Part shown: in pieces, positions 28,384-40,360 of the stretch
How positions within the stretch are numbered: position 1 is the first letter of the stretch
How the letters are laid out: each line of letters begins with the position of its first letter
NCBI GenBank assembly: GCA_016213885.1
Contig: JACQZM010000191.1
Location: 1 to 55,525, forward strand
Origin: Candidatus Rifleibacteriota bacterium
Lineage (GTDB): Bacteria > Muiribacteriota > UBA6191 > JACPRK01 > JACQZM01
Reading direction: 5' to 3'
DNA: 55,525 nt
The notes under the pieces: generated by a model
Databases searched by the model: none
What the model was told of the DNA's origin: nothing
What the model saw: the letters and a program-made list of their open reading frames with translations, nothing else
Translations under genes and position numbers: made by a program

Positions 28384-30846
28384 ATGACCAGCGGCACCAC
28401 CGTCAAGCTGCAGCTGCCTCCGTCCCTGGTCGGCTCCTACGAGTTGACGCGAGAGCTGGCCGTGGGCGGCATGGGGGTCATCTACCTGGGCAGAGACCTG
28501 ATCAACCAGAGGGACGTGGTCTTCAAGTTCATCGCCCCGGAACTGCTGGGAGACGACGAGACCCGGCAACGGTTCATCAACGAGGCCAAGCTGACGGCCC
28601 AGCTGAACCACCCCAACATCGTCCAGCTGTACGGGGCCGGCGAAGAGGCCGGTCTTCTGTACATCATCTACGAGTTCATCGACGGGCAGAACCTGAAGAC
28701 GCTCCTGGAGAAGTACGGCATCTACCCCATAGGCAAGGCGCTGGACATCCTCATCAAGGTGGCCGACGGGCTGGCCTACGCTCACCAGCACAAGATCCTC
28801 CATCGGGACATCAAGCCCGAGAACATCCTGGTGAGCCCGCTGGGAGATTCCATCAAGATCGTCGATTTCGGGATCGCCAAGTCCATGGAAGACTCCCAGA
28901 AGCTCACCCAGACCGGCTTCATCATCGGGACCCCGGAGTACCTGTCGCCGGAGCAGGCGGTGGGCCACAAGGCCACGGTCCATTCGGACCAGTACGCCGT
29001 GGCGGTGCTGGCGTACGAGCTGTTGACAGGTCGGCTCCCCATCGAGGAGGTCAACACCGTCGACCTGTTCACGAAGAAGATACGGGGCGACTGTGTTCCG
29101 ATCCGGGAGCGCCGCCCGGAGATCCCGGTGGAGCTCCAGAAGATCATCGATCGGGCCATGGCCACGGAGGCGCCGAAACGCTACCCCGCCATGTCCGATC
29201 TCTTGAACGATCTGAGGACGTTCGCCGGCAGGCGCACCGCCGGCGGCGGCGCCAGGGCCCCGGGCCCCCGCAGCGGAGTGGGTGAGCGAGAGCCCGGGGC
29301 GAGCGGCATCCGGGGCCGCCCCCTTGCCGCCGGGCCGGCTCCCCAGTCCACCACCGGCACATCCGCCGGCCTCCATCGCAAGGAGGAGCCGACGGTCCAG
29401 GTTCCTTCCCTCCGGGGAGGCTACTGGCGTGACCGGACCGATCGGTTCTGGCATTTCACCATGCGGATCCCCAGCGCCGTGGTCTACGGAGGGGTCATGG
29501 TGCCGCTGGTCATCGCCCTCTTGTGGGCGCTCGCCCCGTCCCGGAAGAAGGAGACCGGCCTGCCGCGCATGATCGGCACTCTGGCGGTGCTGCACAGCCT
29601 CGATGGCGTCACGTTCTCCTGGGACATCCAGATGCAGGGGGAGGCGCTGCTGATCGTGGAGCCGCCGGCGAGGACGTACCCCATGCGCCACGATGGCAAG
29701 CGGTACTCGGTTCACATGGCTCCGGCCTCCATCGAGGGAGCGGAGCGGATGAGCCTCGTGTTCAAGCAGGGATCGCGGGTCGAAGCGGAGATCAGGGGGA
29801 TCCCGCTCCTGGGAGTCCACGTGGGCGTCGACGGTGTGACCGTGGACGTCCCCCCCACGGCGGCTCCGAAGCCGGTCCTGGTCTACTGGGGCAAGAACCG
29901 CGTGAAGAAGGGCCTGCCCTGCACGGTCAGCGACAAGGGGCCGGCCCACGTCAAGCTGCCGGTCGACCCGGCGGAGGAGCTCCACGTGGAGCTGGCCACC
30001 GGCACCGATCCCCCCCGGGAGCCGCTCAGTCTTCCCCAGAGGATCGAACCGCCTCAGGATTACCTGGAGCGGGTCAGCGACAAGCTGGATCGTCTGGGCG
30101 CCCTCAAGGTGTTCAGCACCCACGCTGCCGATGCGGATCGCGACTGGTTGAATCGTCGGGTCCGCGAGGTCGTGAAGGCCGTCTGGGACGAGCTGGGCGA
30201 CCTGTTCAACGCGTTCGAGCCGTTCAAGGCCTACATCTCTTCTCCGGGGCTCGATCTGGCCTTGCGGCGATCGCTGTGCGAGAGGGTCCGGAGGCTGGAA
30301 GTGATGATGGAGATGGCCAAGAGAGCGTCGGAGGACCACCAGAGGACCCAGGCTGCCACGGATGTGGCGAGGCTGTTCGCTCTGCCGTGGCCGATCGGCT
30401 CCAGGTGGGACCTCGAGAAATCGCTCACCGGGGCCCGGCAGCCCCAGGAGTCCCAGGACAAGATCCTCCAGAGGGAGAGGCCGTTGAATCGCTTCAGATC
30501 GGAGAGCCTGGACAGGGCCGCGGCAAAGTCGGCGGTGATCCAGCTGAAGTGCCTGGTCTCCGGCGTGGGCACCTACCTGAAGATCTCGCTGAACGAGAAG
30601 CCGCTCACCTACGCCCTGGGGCCCGGCGAGCTCCCCAAGACGGTGCAGGCCCAGATGGGAACGATCTCGGTGACCATGGATGCGGCGTTGCTGAAGGACG
30701 GGGAGAACGTCGTGGAGCTGGAGCACTTCCCCGTGGCGGGCCTCGCCTGGAACAGCAAGGAGATCCTGGTGCTCGACCAGAAGCTCAAGCTGGTGGACTC
30801 CGGGGGGCGTTCCAGCGAGAAGAAGCTGCACTCCGAGCTGAAGTAG
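28384..30846 (+). CDS. Hanks-type Ser/Thr protein kinase with TM helix and unrecognised extracytoplasmic region
   Basis: GGMGVIY, HPNIV, HRDIKPENIL, DFGIAK, GTPEYLSPEQ; TM AVVYGGVMVPLVIALLWAL. Confidence 0.93.
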   Translation: MTSGTTVKLQLPPSLVGSYELTRELAVGGMGVIYLGRDLINQRDVVFKFIAPELLGDDETRQRFINEAKLTAQLNHPNIVQLYGAGEEAGLLYIIYEFIDGQNLKTLLEKYGIYPIGKALDILIKVADGLAYAHQHKILHRDIKPENILVSPLGDSIKIVDFGIAKSMEDSQKLTQTGFIIGTPEYLSPEQAVGHKATVHSDQYAVAVLAYELLTGRLPIEEVNTVDLFTKKIRGDCVPIRERRPEIPVELQKIIDRAMATEAPKRYPAMSDLLNDLRTFAGRRTAGGGARAPGPRSGVGEREPGASGIRGRPLAAGPAPQSTTGTSAGLHRKEEPTVQVPSLRGGYWRDRTDRFWHFTMRIPSAVVYGGVMVPLVIALLWALAPSRKKETGLPRMIGTLAVLHSLDGVTFSWDIQMQGEALLIVEPPARTYPMRHDGKRYSVHMAPASIEGAERMSLVFKQGSRVEAEIRGIPLLGVHVGVDGVTVDVPPTAAPKPVLVYWGKNRVKKGLPCTVSDKGPAHVKLPVDPAEELHVELATGTDPPREPLSLPQRIEPPQDYLERVSDKLDRLGALKVFSTHAADADRDWLNRRVREVVKAVWDELGDLFNAFEPFKAYISSPGLDLALRRSLCERVRRLEVMMEMAKRASEDHQRTQAATDVARLFALPWPIGSRWDLEKSLTGARQPQESQDKILQRERPLNRFRSESLDRAAAKSAVIQLKCLVSGVGTYLKISLNEKPLTYALGPGELPKTVQAQMGTISVTMDAALLKDGENVVELEHFPVAGLAWNSKEILVLDQKLKLVDSGGRSSEKKLHSELK

Positions 30847-31002
30847 GGTCCGGCCGAGACCGGCTCGGCCAGACCTTTCGCGAATCGATCTCCTCAAGTC
30901 TGGCGGTGTCCCTGTCCGTGGGCCACGGTCCGCCGTTAGGATCCGCTCGGTCGCCCGCGACGACCGTCGCGATTCCGACCATCCAACCATCGAGGAGGAT
31001 CC

Positions 31003-31797
31003 ATGCGAGGTGCTCACCCTGTCCTTTCCGTGCTGGTCATGACGATGATGTGCGGCGTCCCCGGCCTCGCCGCCGGGGATGCGCCGGCCCCACCGGCGAT
31101 GGCTCCCGTCAGGCCCGATCCTGCGGGTACGACCTACGTGGCGCTCACCCCGCGCGGCGGTCGATACCATCGACTCTCGTGCCGCTGGGTGAAGAAGGAC
31201 GGCATCGTGGTGTCGCTCGACGTGGCGGTCGGGAAGGGGGTCCCCCCCTGCAAGAGCTGCCTGGCCAGGCCGCGAAGGCGTAGCGGGACCGGCCCGGCTG
31301 ACGATCCCTCCGGGATCGCCGGCTTCGCCGGGACTCAGCCGGGAAGCGTTGAAGCCAGGGGGACCGTTGCTGCGCAGCGGCCCCCCTGGACCCCCCCGGG
31401 CCGTCCCTTCCGGCCCGGCCCGGGAGCGACGGACCGCGGCGGGCCAGGCGGGGCGATGCCTGCCGGAGGCCCAGCTGGTCTCGCCGCCCCCCGTCCGGGT
31501 CCCGGCGCAGCCGACAAGCCGTCGGTGGCCGCTCCGGCGGTGACGACGGGCGGCCCGACCGCGAGCGACGCTGCCGGTCCCGTGCAGGGCCGGGCCGGGC
31601 CGCGGGCGATCGGCCCGGCCGTCCCGCAGCGTTCAGACACCGGTCCGGGCGCTCCGGGACGGCGGCGGGTCCGGCCGTGCAGGCGCAGGGCGGGCCGGGC
31701 CGCCTCGGAGCTCAAGCCCTGGGAGCGCCGGCCCGACGGGGTATCGTCGGCTCTCTCCGGCGCCGGCTCGAACCAGACGAGCGAAGGGGCCAACTAG
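31003..31797 (+). CDS. Exported protein with Ada-like His/Cys metal-binding motif and Pro/Gly-rich tail
   Basis: Signal peptide; YVALTPRGGRYHRLSC...AVGKGVPPCKSC. Confidence 0.6.
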   Translation: MRGAHPVLSVLVMTMMCGVPGLAAGDAPAPPAMAPVRPDPAGTTYVALTPRGGRYHRLSCRWVKKDGIVVSLDVAVGKGVPPCKSCLARPRRRSGTGPADDPSGIAGFAGTQPGSVEARGTVAAQRPPWTPPGRPFRPGPGATDRGGPGGAMPAGGPAGLAAPRPGPGAADKPSVAAPAVTTGGPTASDAAGPVQGRAGPRAIGPAVPQRSDTGPGAPGRRRVRPCRRRAGRAASELKPWERRPDGVSSALSGAGSNQTSEGAN

Positions 31798-31849
31798 CAC
31801 GACAACGGAAGATCCCGCCCTGTTGCGGCCCCCACCTGGCATGGAAGCG

Positions 31850-34564
<2,715 letters not shown>

Positions 34565-35169
34565 CAGGGTCCTCCTGGGCAGGCTGCCTGCTACTGCATG
34601 ATGGTGGAAGTCGGCGATCTGGCGGGGCCCCGACGTCGAGATGGCGACAAAAAACTCCGAGTTCAGGGATCATTTGTCGGATACTGCCGGGCGAGGGGTT
34701 CGACGAAAATATCACACGGGTCGCACCCTCGCAAGAGAGTTCTGGTTTTTTTCACAGAATGCCGATCTGGAGCGGATTCGCTCGACTCGTCCAGGCGTCG
34801 TTCCGGTTCGCTTTACACGTCACCACGGTCGGATTAATAGCTGAGGTGCTGAGTGCCCTCATCGCGGCGCTTTGGGCGTGGGTTGACGAGCCGATCTCGA
34901 TCTAATCCGGAGAACGCCCTCCGTCGATGCATGGAAGGAGGTGTGGGACACTACGGACCCATCCGTGGTCGTCGTCTTGTGGCGAGCTCGGCCGGGGAAG
35001 CGCCGGGCCGACGAGCCGCGGATAGGTTCGAAGGGGTTCGGGAGGTGAGGAGCCGTCTAGAGACCCATCTCTGGAGCAGCAGGGCGCTTTAGCTAGCAGC
35101 AGCAACAGTCGCAGAACTGGGGAAGGGGCAGGGCCAGCGAAGGGAAGACCGGAGTCCCGCGGGCAGGCG

Positions 35170-35189
35170 CAAGGGAACATGGAAACTTG
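35170..35189 (+). promoter_or_regulatory. Conserved leader hairpin, copy 1
   Basis: CAAG-GGAACATGGAAA-CTTG, ~75 nt upstream of the TTG start at 35264. Confidence 0.55.
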
Positions 35190-35263
35190 CCGCCAGGACC
35201 CGGGAAAGAGGCCTTCCGGAACGCGACGCCTTGACTCCTCCTCAAGACGAAGGAGGGAGTCGC

Positions 35264-37276
35264 TTGAACCGCTTCGTTGTGTGGGGTACCGCGTTAGGAG
35301 TGTTGTTCAGTGGCCTTCCAGGCTATACCGCTGACGCGCCGAAGGCGGCGGACAAGGGGGCCACCGAGGCCGGCAAGGAAGCGCCTCGCAAGGCCAAGAA
35401 GGCTCGCAAGGCCAAGAGAATGAAGAAGGACGTCGGCCACGTCTCCGCGGAGAGGGCGAGCGGCCCGTTCGCCGACATCCCGAAGGGGCACTGGGCCTAC
35501 GAGGCCGTGGCGAAAGCCGTGGAATCGGGGCTGCTCCAGGGTTACGAGAACAAGTACTACGGGAACCGCGCCATGACCCGGTACCAGATGGCCGTGGTGG
35601 TGGCCCGGATGCTCGAGAAGTTGGCCGTGCTGAGGTCCAACGGCCGGATGTTCACGGCGCAGGACATCGCGAACCTCGAGGCGCTGACCATCGAGTTCGC
35701 CGATGAGCTCGCGCTGTTGAACGTCAAGGTGTCGACCTTGGAGGAGCAGACGGCGGTCCTGAGGAAGGACGTCGACCAGCTGAAGTACGAGCTGGGCACC
35801 GGCGGGCCCAGGAGCCCGATCACCGGCCTGATCGCGGCCCGCGCCGTGGTCACCTCCAGCGGCAACCCGGGTTACGGCCAGCTGGCCCCGGCCAACACCC
35901 CTCGATCCGCCGCCACCCCCAGCATGCTCCGCTACCGGGGCGACCCCTCCGGCCCGGGCGACATCTTCGCCAACGGCGGTGGCATCGCTGGCAATCCGTG
36001 GCAGTTCTCCAACAGGTTCTTCATGACGGTCTCGCAGCTGTCGCTGAACCTGGACCGCCAGATCGCCAAGGATGTGGAACTGCACACCCAGATCGACGTC
36101 AACGCCGAGGCTGCGGACCGGGCGTACGGCGTTCCGGCCAACGGCCCCCAGATGACGTTCGACCCGATCTACGGCACTGCGGCTAGACTGCAGGACACGC
36201 CGTTCAGCTTGAACGGCCCGTTCTACCAGGGCAGCGGTCGAGGAGCCAGCTTCTTCGGCAGCCCGATCCAGGTCAACGAAGCGTACGTCCAGTTCAACGG
36301 CTGGGTCGGCGACGCCGACGCCAAGCTCGGCGTCTTCGCCACTCCGTTCAACGTTGAAGTGAACGGCCCCTCGAGGACCTACAACTGGACGCTCACCCCG
36401 TCGGTGGCGAACAGCTTCTGGGAAGGCCTGCGGATGACCGGGGTGGAAGTCCGCCAGGGCCGGAAGGAAGACTACTGGCTGTGGAACCTCGGCGTGTTCT
36501 CGAACCTCGACATGCCCAACGGCGCTGCCGGTGCCACCCTGCTGTCCGGCACCCAGGCCGCCTCTGGCGCCGGCCCGCTGGATCCGTTCGGCAACCTGGC
36601 CGGCACCCGGTTCCCGACCCCCCGCGCCGGTGTGATGACCGACGCTCCGCGGGGCATCAACGGTGAGACCGAGCAGGACAACGTGGGCTACTACGCCCGG
36701 GTCGGTGGCCAGGAGAAGGACAACCTGGGCTTCGGCTGGCAGCTCGGCTACGTCAACAACGGCGGGGAGATCCGGCCGTCCAGCTCTGGCCGGGGCACCT
36801 GGTCCGAGTGGGACGCCTATCAGATCGCCCTGGACTACAAGTGGCACGAGTGGATGATCCTCTCCCAGTACTACGGTGGCCGGACCAAGAACCTGTCGGT
36901 CGTCGATCTGACCAGCGGGATCGCCGGGTTCGACTACCGCCGATCGTTCGCCGTCGCCGGTTTCCTGGGAACGCCGTTCCCGAACGCGACCCGCGCCGAC
37001 ACCACGTCGGATTCGGTGATGGGCCTGGTCTCCTACGCCTGGTCCAAGCAGTCGTCGCTGACCCTGAGGTACGAGAACGCCGTGGATCAGACCGGCAACG
37101 CGATGATCGGCGGCTCGTTCTGGACTTTCGGTTACAACCGGAAGGTCGGCGATCGCGGGATGCTGCAGGCGGAGTACATCACCGCGACCACCCGGACCCG
37201 AGCCGAGAACCTGAGCTACATCGGCACGGACATCGCCGACGACATCGCCCAGCTGAACTACAAGCTGCAGTTCTAG
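35264..37276 (+). CDS. SLH-coiled-coil-beta-barrel outer-membrane tether (OmpM-like), paralogue 1
   Basis: TTG after AGGAGG; signal peptide; SLH FADIPKGHWAYEAV...GLLQGY...MTRYQMAVVVARML; coiled coil EFADELALLNVKVSTLE; beta-rich body ending LNYKLQF. Confidence 0.85.
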   Translation: MNRFVVWGTALGVLFSGLPGYTADAPKAADKGATEAGKEAPRKAKKARKAKRMKKDVGHVSAERASGPFADIPKGHWAYEAVAKAVESGLLQGYENKYYGNRAMTRYQMAVVVARMLEKLAVLRSNGRMFTAQDIANLEALTIEFADELALLNVKVSTLEEQTAVLRKDVDQLKYELGTGGPRSPITGLIAARAVVTSSGNPGYGQLAPANTPRSAATPSMLRYRGDPSGPGDIFANGGGIAGNPWQFSNRFFMTVSQLSLNLDRQIAKDVELHTQIDVNAEAADRAYGVPANGPQMTFDPIYGTAARLQDTPFSLNGPFYQGSGRGASFFGSPIQVNEAYVQFNGWVGDADAKLGVFATPFNVEVNGPSRTYNWTLTPSVANSFWEGLRMTGVEVRQGRKEDYWLWNLGVFSNLDMPNGAAGATLLSGTQAASGAGPLDPFGNLAGTRFPTPRAGVMTDAPRGINGETEQDNVGYYARVGGQEKDNLGFGWQLGYVNNGGEIRPSSSGRGTWSEWDAYQIALDYKWHEWMILSQYYGGRTKNLSVVDLTSGIAGFDYRRSFAVAGFLGTPFPNATRADTTSDSVMGLVSYAWSKQSSLTLRYENAVDQTGNAMIGGSFWTFGYNRKVGDRGMLQAEYITATTRTRAENLSYIGTDIADDIAQLNYKLQF

Positions 37277-37308
37277 TGGCTTCGTAGCCGCGGCGACTCG
37301 ATAGTCGA

Positions 37309-37355
37309 GAGCCGGCCCGTGGGGATCGCCCCGCAGGCCGGCTTCTTCCTTGTTC
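37309..37355 (+). terminator. Intrinsic terminator
   Basis: AGCCGGCC...GGGG-ATCG-CCCC...GGCCGGCT followed by a pyrimidine/T-rich tract. Confidence 0.6.
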
Positions 37356-37371
37356 GACGTTTTCCAGGCGA

Positions 37372-37482
37372 CCAGGATCCCCCGCCTGTTTCGCGGAGTC
37401 GGGCCTGTGATCAGGCCTCGGCCTGCCTACAGAGTCACCAAGGAAGCGGAGGGTGTTCATTTGAAGTCGCGCTCGGGGGCGC
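37372..37482 (+). repeat. Modular intergenic repeat, copy 3 (A-B', no hairpin C)
   Basis: CCAGGATCCCCCGCCTGTTTCGCGGAGTCGGGCCTGTGATCAGGCCTCGGCCTG...TTGAAGTCGCGCTCGGGGGCGC. Confidence 0.9.
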
Positions 37483-37843
37483 TGCTCTGGAGCCGGTTCT
37501 CGGAGCTTCCGGGCAGTCGGAGCGGCCGCATCCCGCTGCCAGAGCCGATCGTCATCGATCACACCCCACGGCGGCGCCGGTGCACGATGGCCTGTATTCC
37601 ACTCATGAAGAGCATTTGGGCACGTGGCTGGAGCTCGCGGGAGAACCCCGGGCAGGCGGGCCGGGTCGTTCACCCATGGCGCTTCTCACTATATAGGGGC
37701 CGGTGGGGGATGGTAGCCCCCAGCGGGTCGATCGTCACCCCGCCGGGCATCGCCTTCGTCGCGGACTTCTTTTTTCTACCTCCATGGGCCAGGTCGCCAC
37801 GAAATGCCGTTGGGAAGCCCATCTTCCCGACTCGAAAAAAAAC

Positions 37844-37873
37844 TTGTGCCGGCACTAGACGATTTGCTATTCT
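37844..37873 (+). promoter_or_regulatory. Possible sigma70 promoter for OmpM-like paralogue 2
   Basis: TTGTGC, 18-nt spacer, extended -10 TGcTATTCT, preceded by an A-tract (UP-like). Confidence 0.45.
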
Positions 37874-37969
37874 CTTGCCGCTTCAACCAAACTGTGGGTC
37901 CTCTGACTGATTTTGTCCTCTGAAGACTCATCGCCGGAACGAAGCGGCAGCCGCACGCGGCACCCTCAT

Positions 37970-37989
37970 CAAGGCAACTTGGAAACTTG
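37970..37989 (+). promoter_or_regulatory. Conserved leader hairpin, copy 2
   Basis: CAAG-GCAACTTGGAAA-CTTG, ~100 nt upstream of GTG 38091. Confidence 0.55.
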
Positions 37990-38090
37990 CTGAGAAGAGC
38001 GTCGGCCATCCCGCCATCGAACCTCGGGCGATCGTTCAAGAGGCGACCCGGTCGGACGAGACCCGGGATGTGACCTTTCAGGAGGTTCAC

Positions 38091-39934
38091 GTGCGACGCT
38101 TTTTCTTGACGATCCTGGCACTGATGGTCCTCGTCAGTGCGACCGCCGCTTTCGCCGACGCGTTCTCCAGGGCTGGGACAACAGGTTCCACGGCAACAAG
38201 GTGGTCAACCGCTACCAGATGGCAGTGGTCGTGGCCCGGATGCTCGACCGCGTTGGCGTCTTGAAGGCCAACGGCAAGGTCATCACGGCCCAGGACATCG
38301 CCAACCTGGAATCGCTGACCATCGAGTTCGCCGATGAGCTCGCGCTCTTGAACGTGAAGGTCAGCACCCTGGAAGACACCGTGGCCGGTCTGAAGAAAGA
38401 TGTCGACCTGATCAAGGCCGACCTCCGTGGCGTCGGCGCCCGCGCCGGCATCACCGGGACCATGCAGGCCCGCTTCGTGTTCACCTCCGACGGCTCCAAC
38501 GGCTGGGCGCCCGGCAACTTCGTGACCGGCCAGGTTCCGAACGCCGCCGCGTCGACCGCCATCGGCCGCTACAAGGGTGGCTCCACCGGGCTGGCCGTCA
38601 ACAACGCCTTCCTGGCCAACAGCGTGACCAACCCGTACCGGTTCGACAGCCGCCAGTTCTTCTCGGTCTCCAACTTCGCGGTCAACATCGACCGCGAGTT
38701 CGACCCGAAGTTCCACTTCCACGCGCAGGTGGACATCAACGCGGAAGGCGCCTGGGATCAGATGGGCGCCCGGTCGGTCTTCGGTGGCTTCTCCCCGACC
38801 TGGGCCGGCTCGACCTTCGCGATCGGTGGCAATCCTCTCTCCGGCCGTGGCGAGAACTTCGCGTTCGCCAACGGGTCGGTGCTCGATGCCCTCGTGAACG
38901 AAGTGTACGTGGTGTGGGACGACTGGTTCACCGACGGCGTGTCTGGCCGGCTGGGTATCTGGGCGCTCCCGATGAACACTGAAGTGAACGGCCCGAGCCG
39001 CTCCTACCAGTGGACGATCACCCCGTCGATCGCGAACAGCAAGTGGGAAAGCCTGAGGCCGGTCGGTCTGGACATCTTCCAGCACAACGACAAGGAAAGC
39101 CTGGTGTTCTACGTCGGATTCTTCACCCCCGGCGACACGACCCAGATGATCCACCGGTCCGGTACCCTCCTCTCCGCCCCGACCGGGTTCACCGCGGTGC
39201 CGGTCACCACGAACCTGGCCACCAACGTCTTCGGCACGCAGGTCGACCCCACCGTGAATCCTGGTGGAGCCGCCTGGGGTCTTGGCCGGTTCCCGACCCC
39301 GCTGGCCTACGCGGCGATGACCGACGCGGCTCGCGGCGTTCAGGGCCAGACGCTGGCCTCCGACGACATCGGGTTCTACTTCCAGATCGGGACGCACCCG
39401 ACCAACAAGGGCCACGAAGGTCTGACCTGGCACGTCGCCTACTTCGATCGCAACGGCGATCTGCGGCCTGCCACCGACGACTTCATCAGCGCCACCGACT
39501 GGTACGCCTGGCAGCTCGCGGCCAACTACCAGTGGGAGAAGGTCATGCTGGGCATCCAGTACTTCGACGCGACCTCCAGGAACTACAACCTGGCGGATCC
39601 GGTCGTGGACTGGCGCCGGCAGAACACCACCCCGTTCCTGAACGTGGGCGGCCAGGACACCCAGTCCCGGTCGATCATGGCCATCGTGAACTGGGCGTTC
39701 TCCAAGCGTGGCAACGTGACGGTCCGCTACGAAGCCGCGGAAGACAAGACCGGCCTCGCGAAGCTCGAAGCCGATGTCTGGACGTTCGGTTTCAACTGGA
39801 AGACCAGCGACCACAGCCGGTTCCAGCTGGAGTGGATCGCCCCCACGACCAAGGCCACCTCCGAGAACGGCTGGCGGAACACCAGCGACATCAAGGACGA
39901 CCTGGTCCAGCTGAACTACAAGCTCAACTGGTAA
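38091..39934 (+). pseudogene. OmpM-like paralogue 2, frameshifted by an apparent deletion in the SLH domain near 38165
   Basis: GTG after GGAGG gives MRRFFLTILALMVLVSATAAFA-DAFS, then another frame continues LQGWDNRFHGNKVVNRYQM...; the DVP..HWAY..GI part of the SLH is missing; ends LNYKLNW. Confidence 0.85.
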
Positions 39935-39946
39935 GGTCCCACCGTC

Positions 39947-40016
39947 CCGGGCCCTGACAGGGCCCGGCGGACATCGAACCCGGCCCGCGGTCTCCCGCTG
40001 GCCGGGTTTTCGTTTG
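39947..40016 (+). terminator. Tandem hairpins ending in an intrinsic terminator
   Basis: CCGGGCCCTG-A-CAGGGCCCGG (39947-39967), then AACCCGGCC...GGCCGGGTT followed by TTCGTTTG. Confidence 0.7.
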
Positions 40017-40258
40017 TCCGCCGGGTGGTGGCGCACGACCGAACGACGCCTGCCGGTGGGCCCGGGAGCAGAAAAGACAGGCTGGGCGTTCCGGCCCCCT
40101 CGAATGTAGAAAAATCGGCCGCTCGACCACTGATTTGTCAGATTTTCCTCCGTGACCGCCGATAGATGGCCTAGGGAGAGCGTCCGTTCTCTCGGGTGGT
40201 CATCGGTGGACACGGCGTCGCGCACGGCCGAGCCGGCGAGTCACCGGGAGCGATCGAA

Positions 40259-40278
40259 CAAGGAAACACGGCCACTTG
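40259..40278 (+). promoter_or_regulatory. Conserved leader hairpin, copy 3
   Basis: CAAG-GAAACACGGCCA-CTTG within the longer stem CGAACAAG/CTTGTTCG, ~80 nt upstream of TTG 40361. Confidence 0.55.
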
Positions 40279-40360
40279 TTCGTCAGGCTCGCGGGGCCTC
40301 GTCCCGGACCGGAACCGGACCGGGTCGTGTCCATCACCGGATGTTCGAGGAGGTCTGGAC

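Noticed and set aside
34565-34850. NrdR boxes or cobalamin riboswitch upstream of nrdJ
   Set aside because: Only a weak partial palindrome (CTACTGCATGATGGTG) and no B12-box could be seen.
35015-35260. tmRNA or tRNA-like sequence (GGTTCGAAGGGG, GCTTTAGCT)
   Set aside because: No tag ORF ending in a stop, and no T-arm/acceptor stem with CCA.
37483-37700. Small gene(s) on the minus strand after a TATAGT hexamer
   Set aside because: Only very short ORFs with no recognisable motif; cannot be supported.
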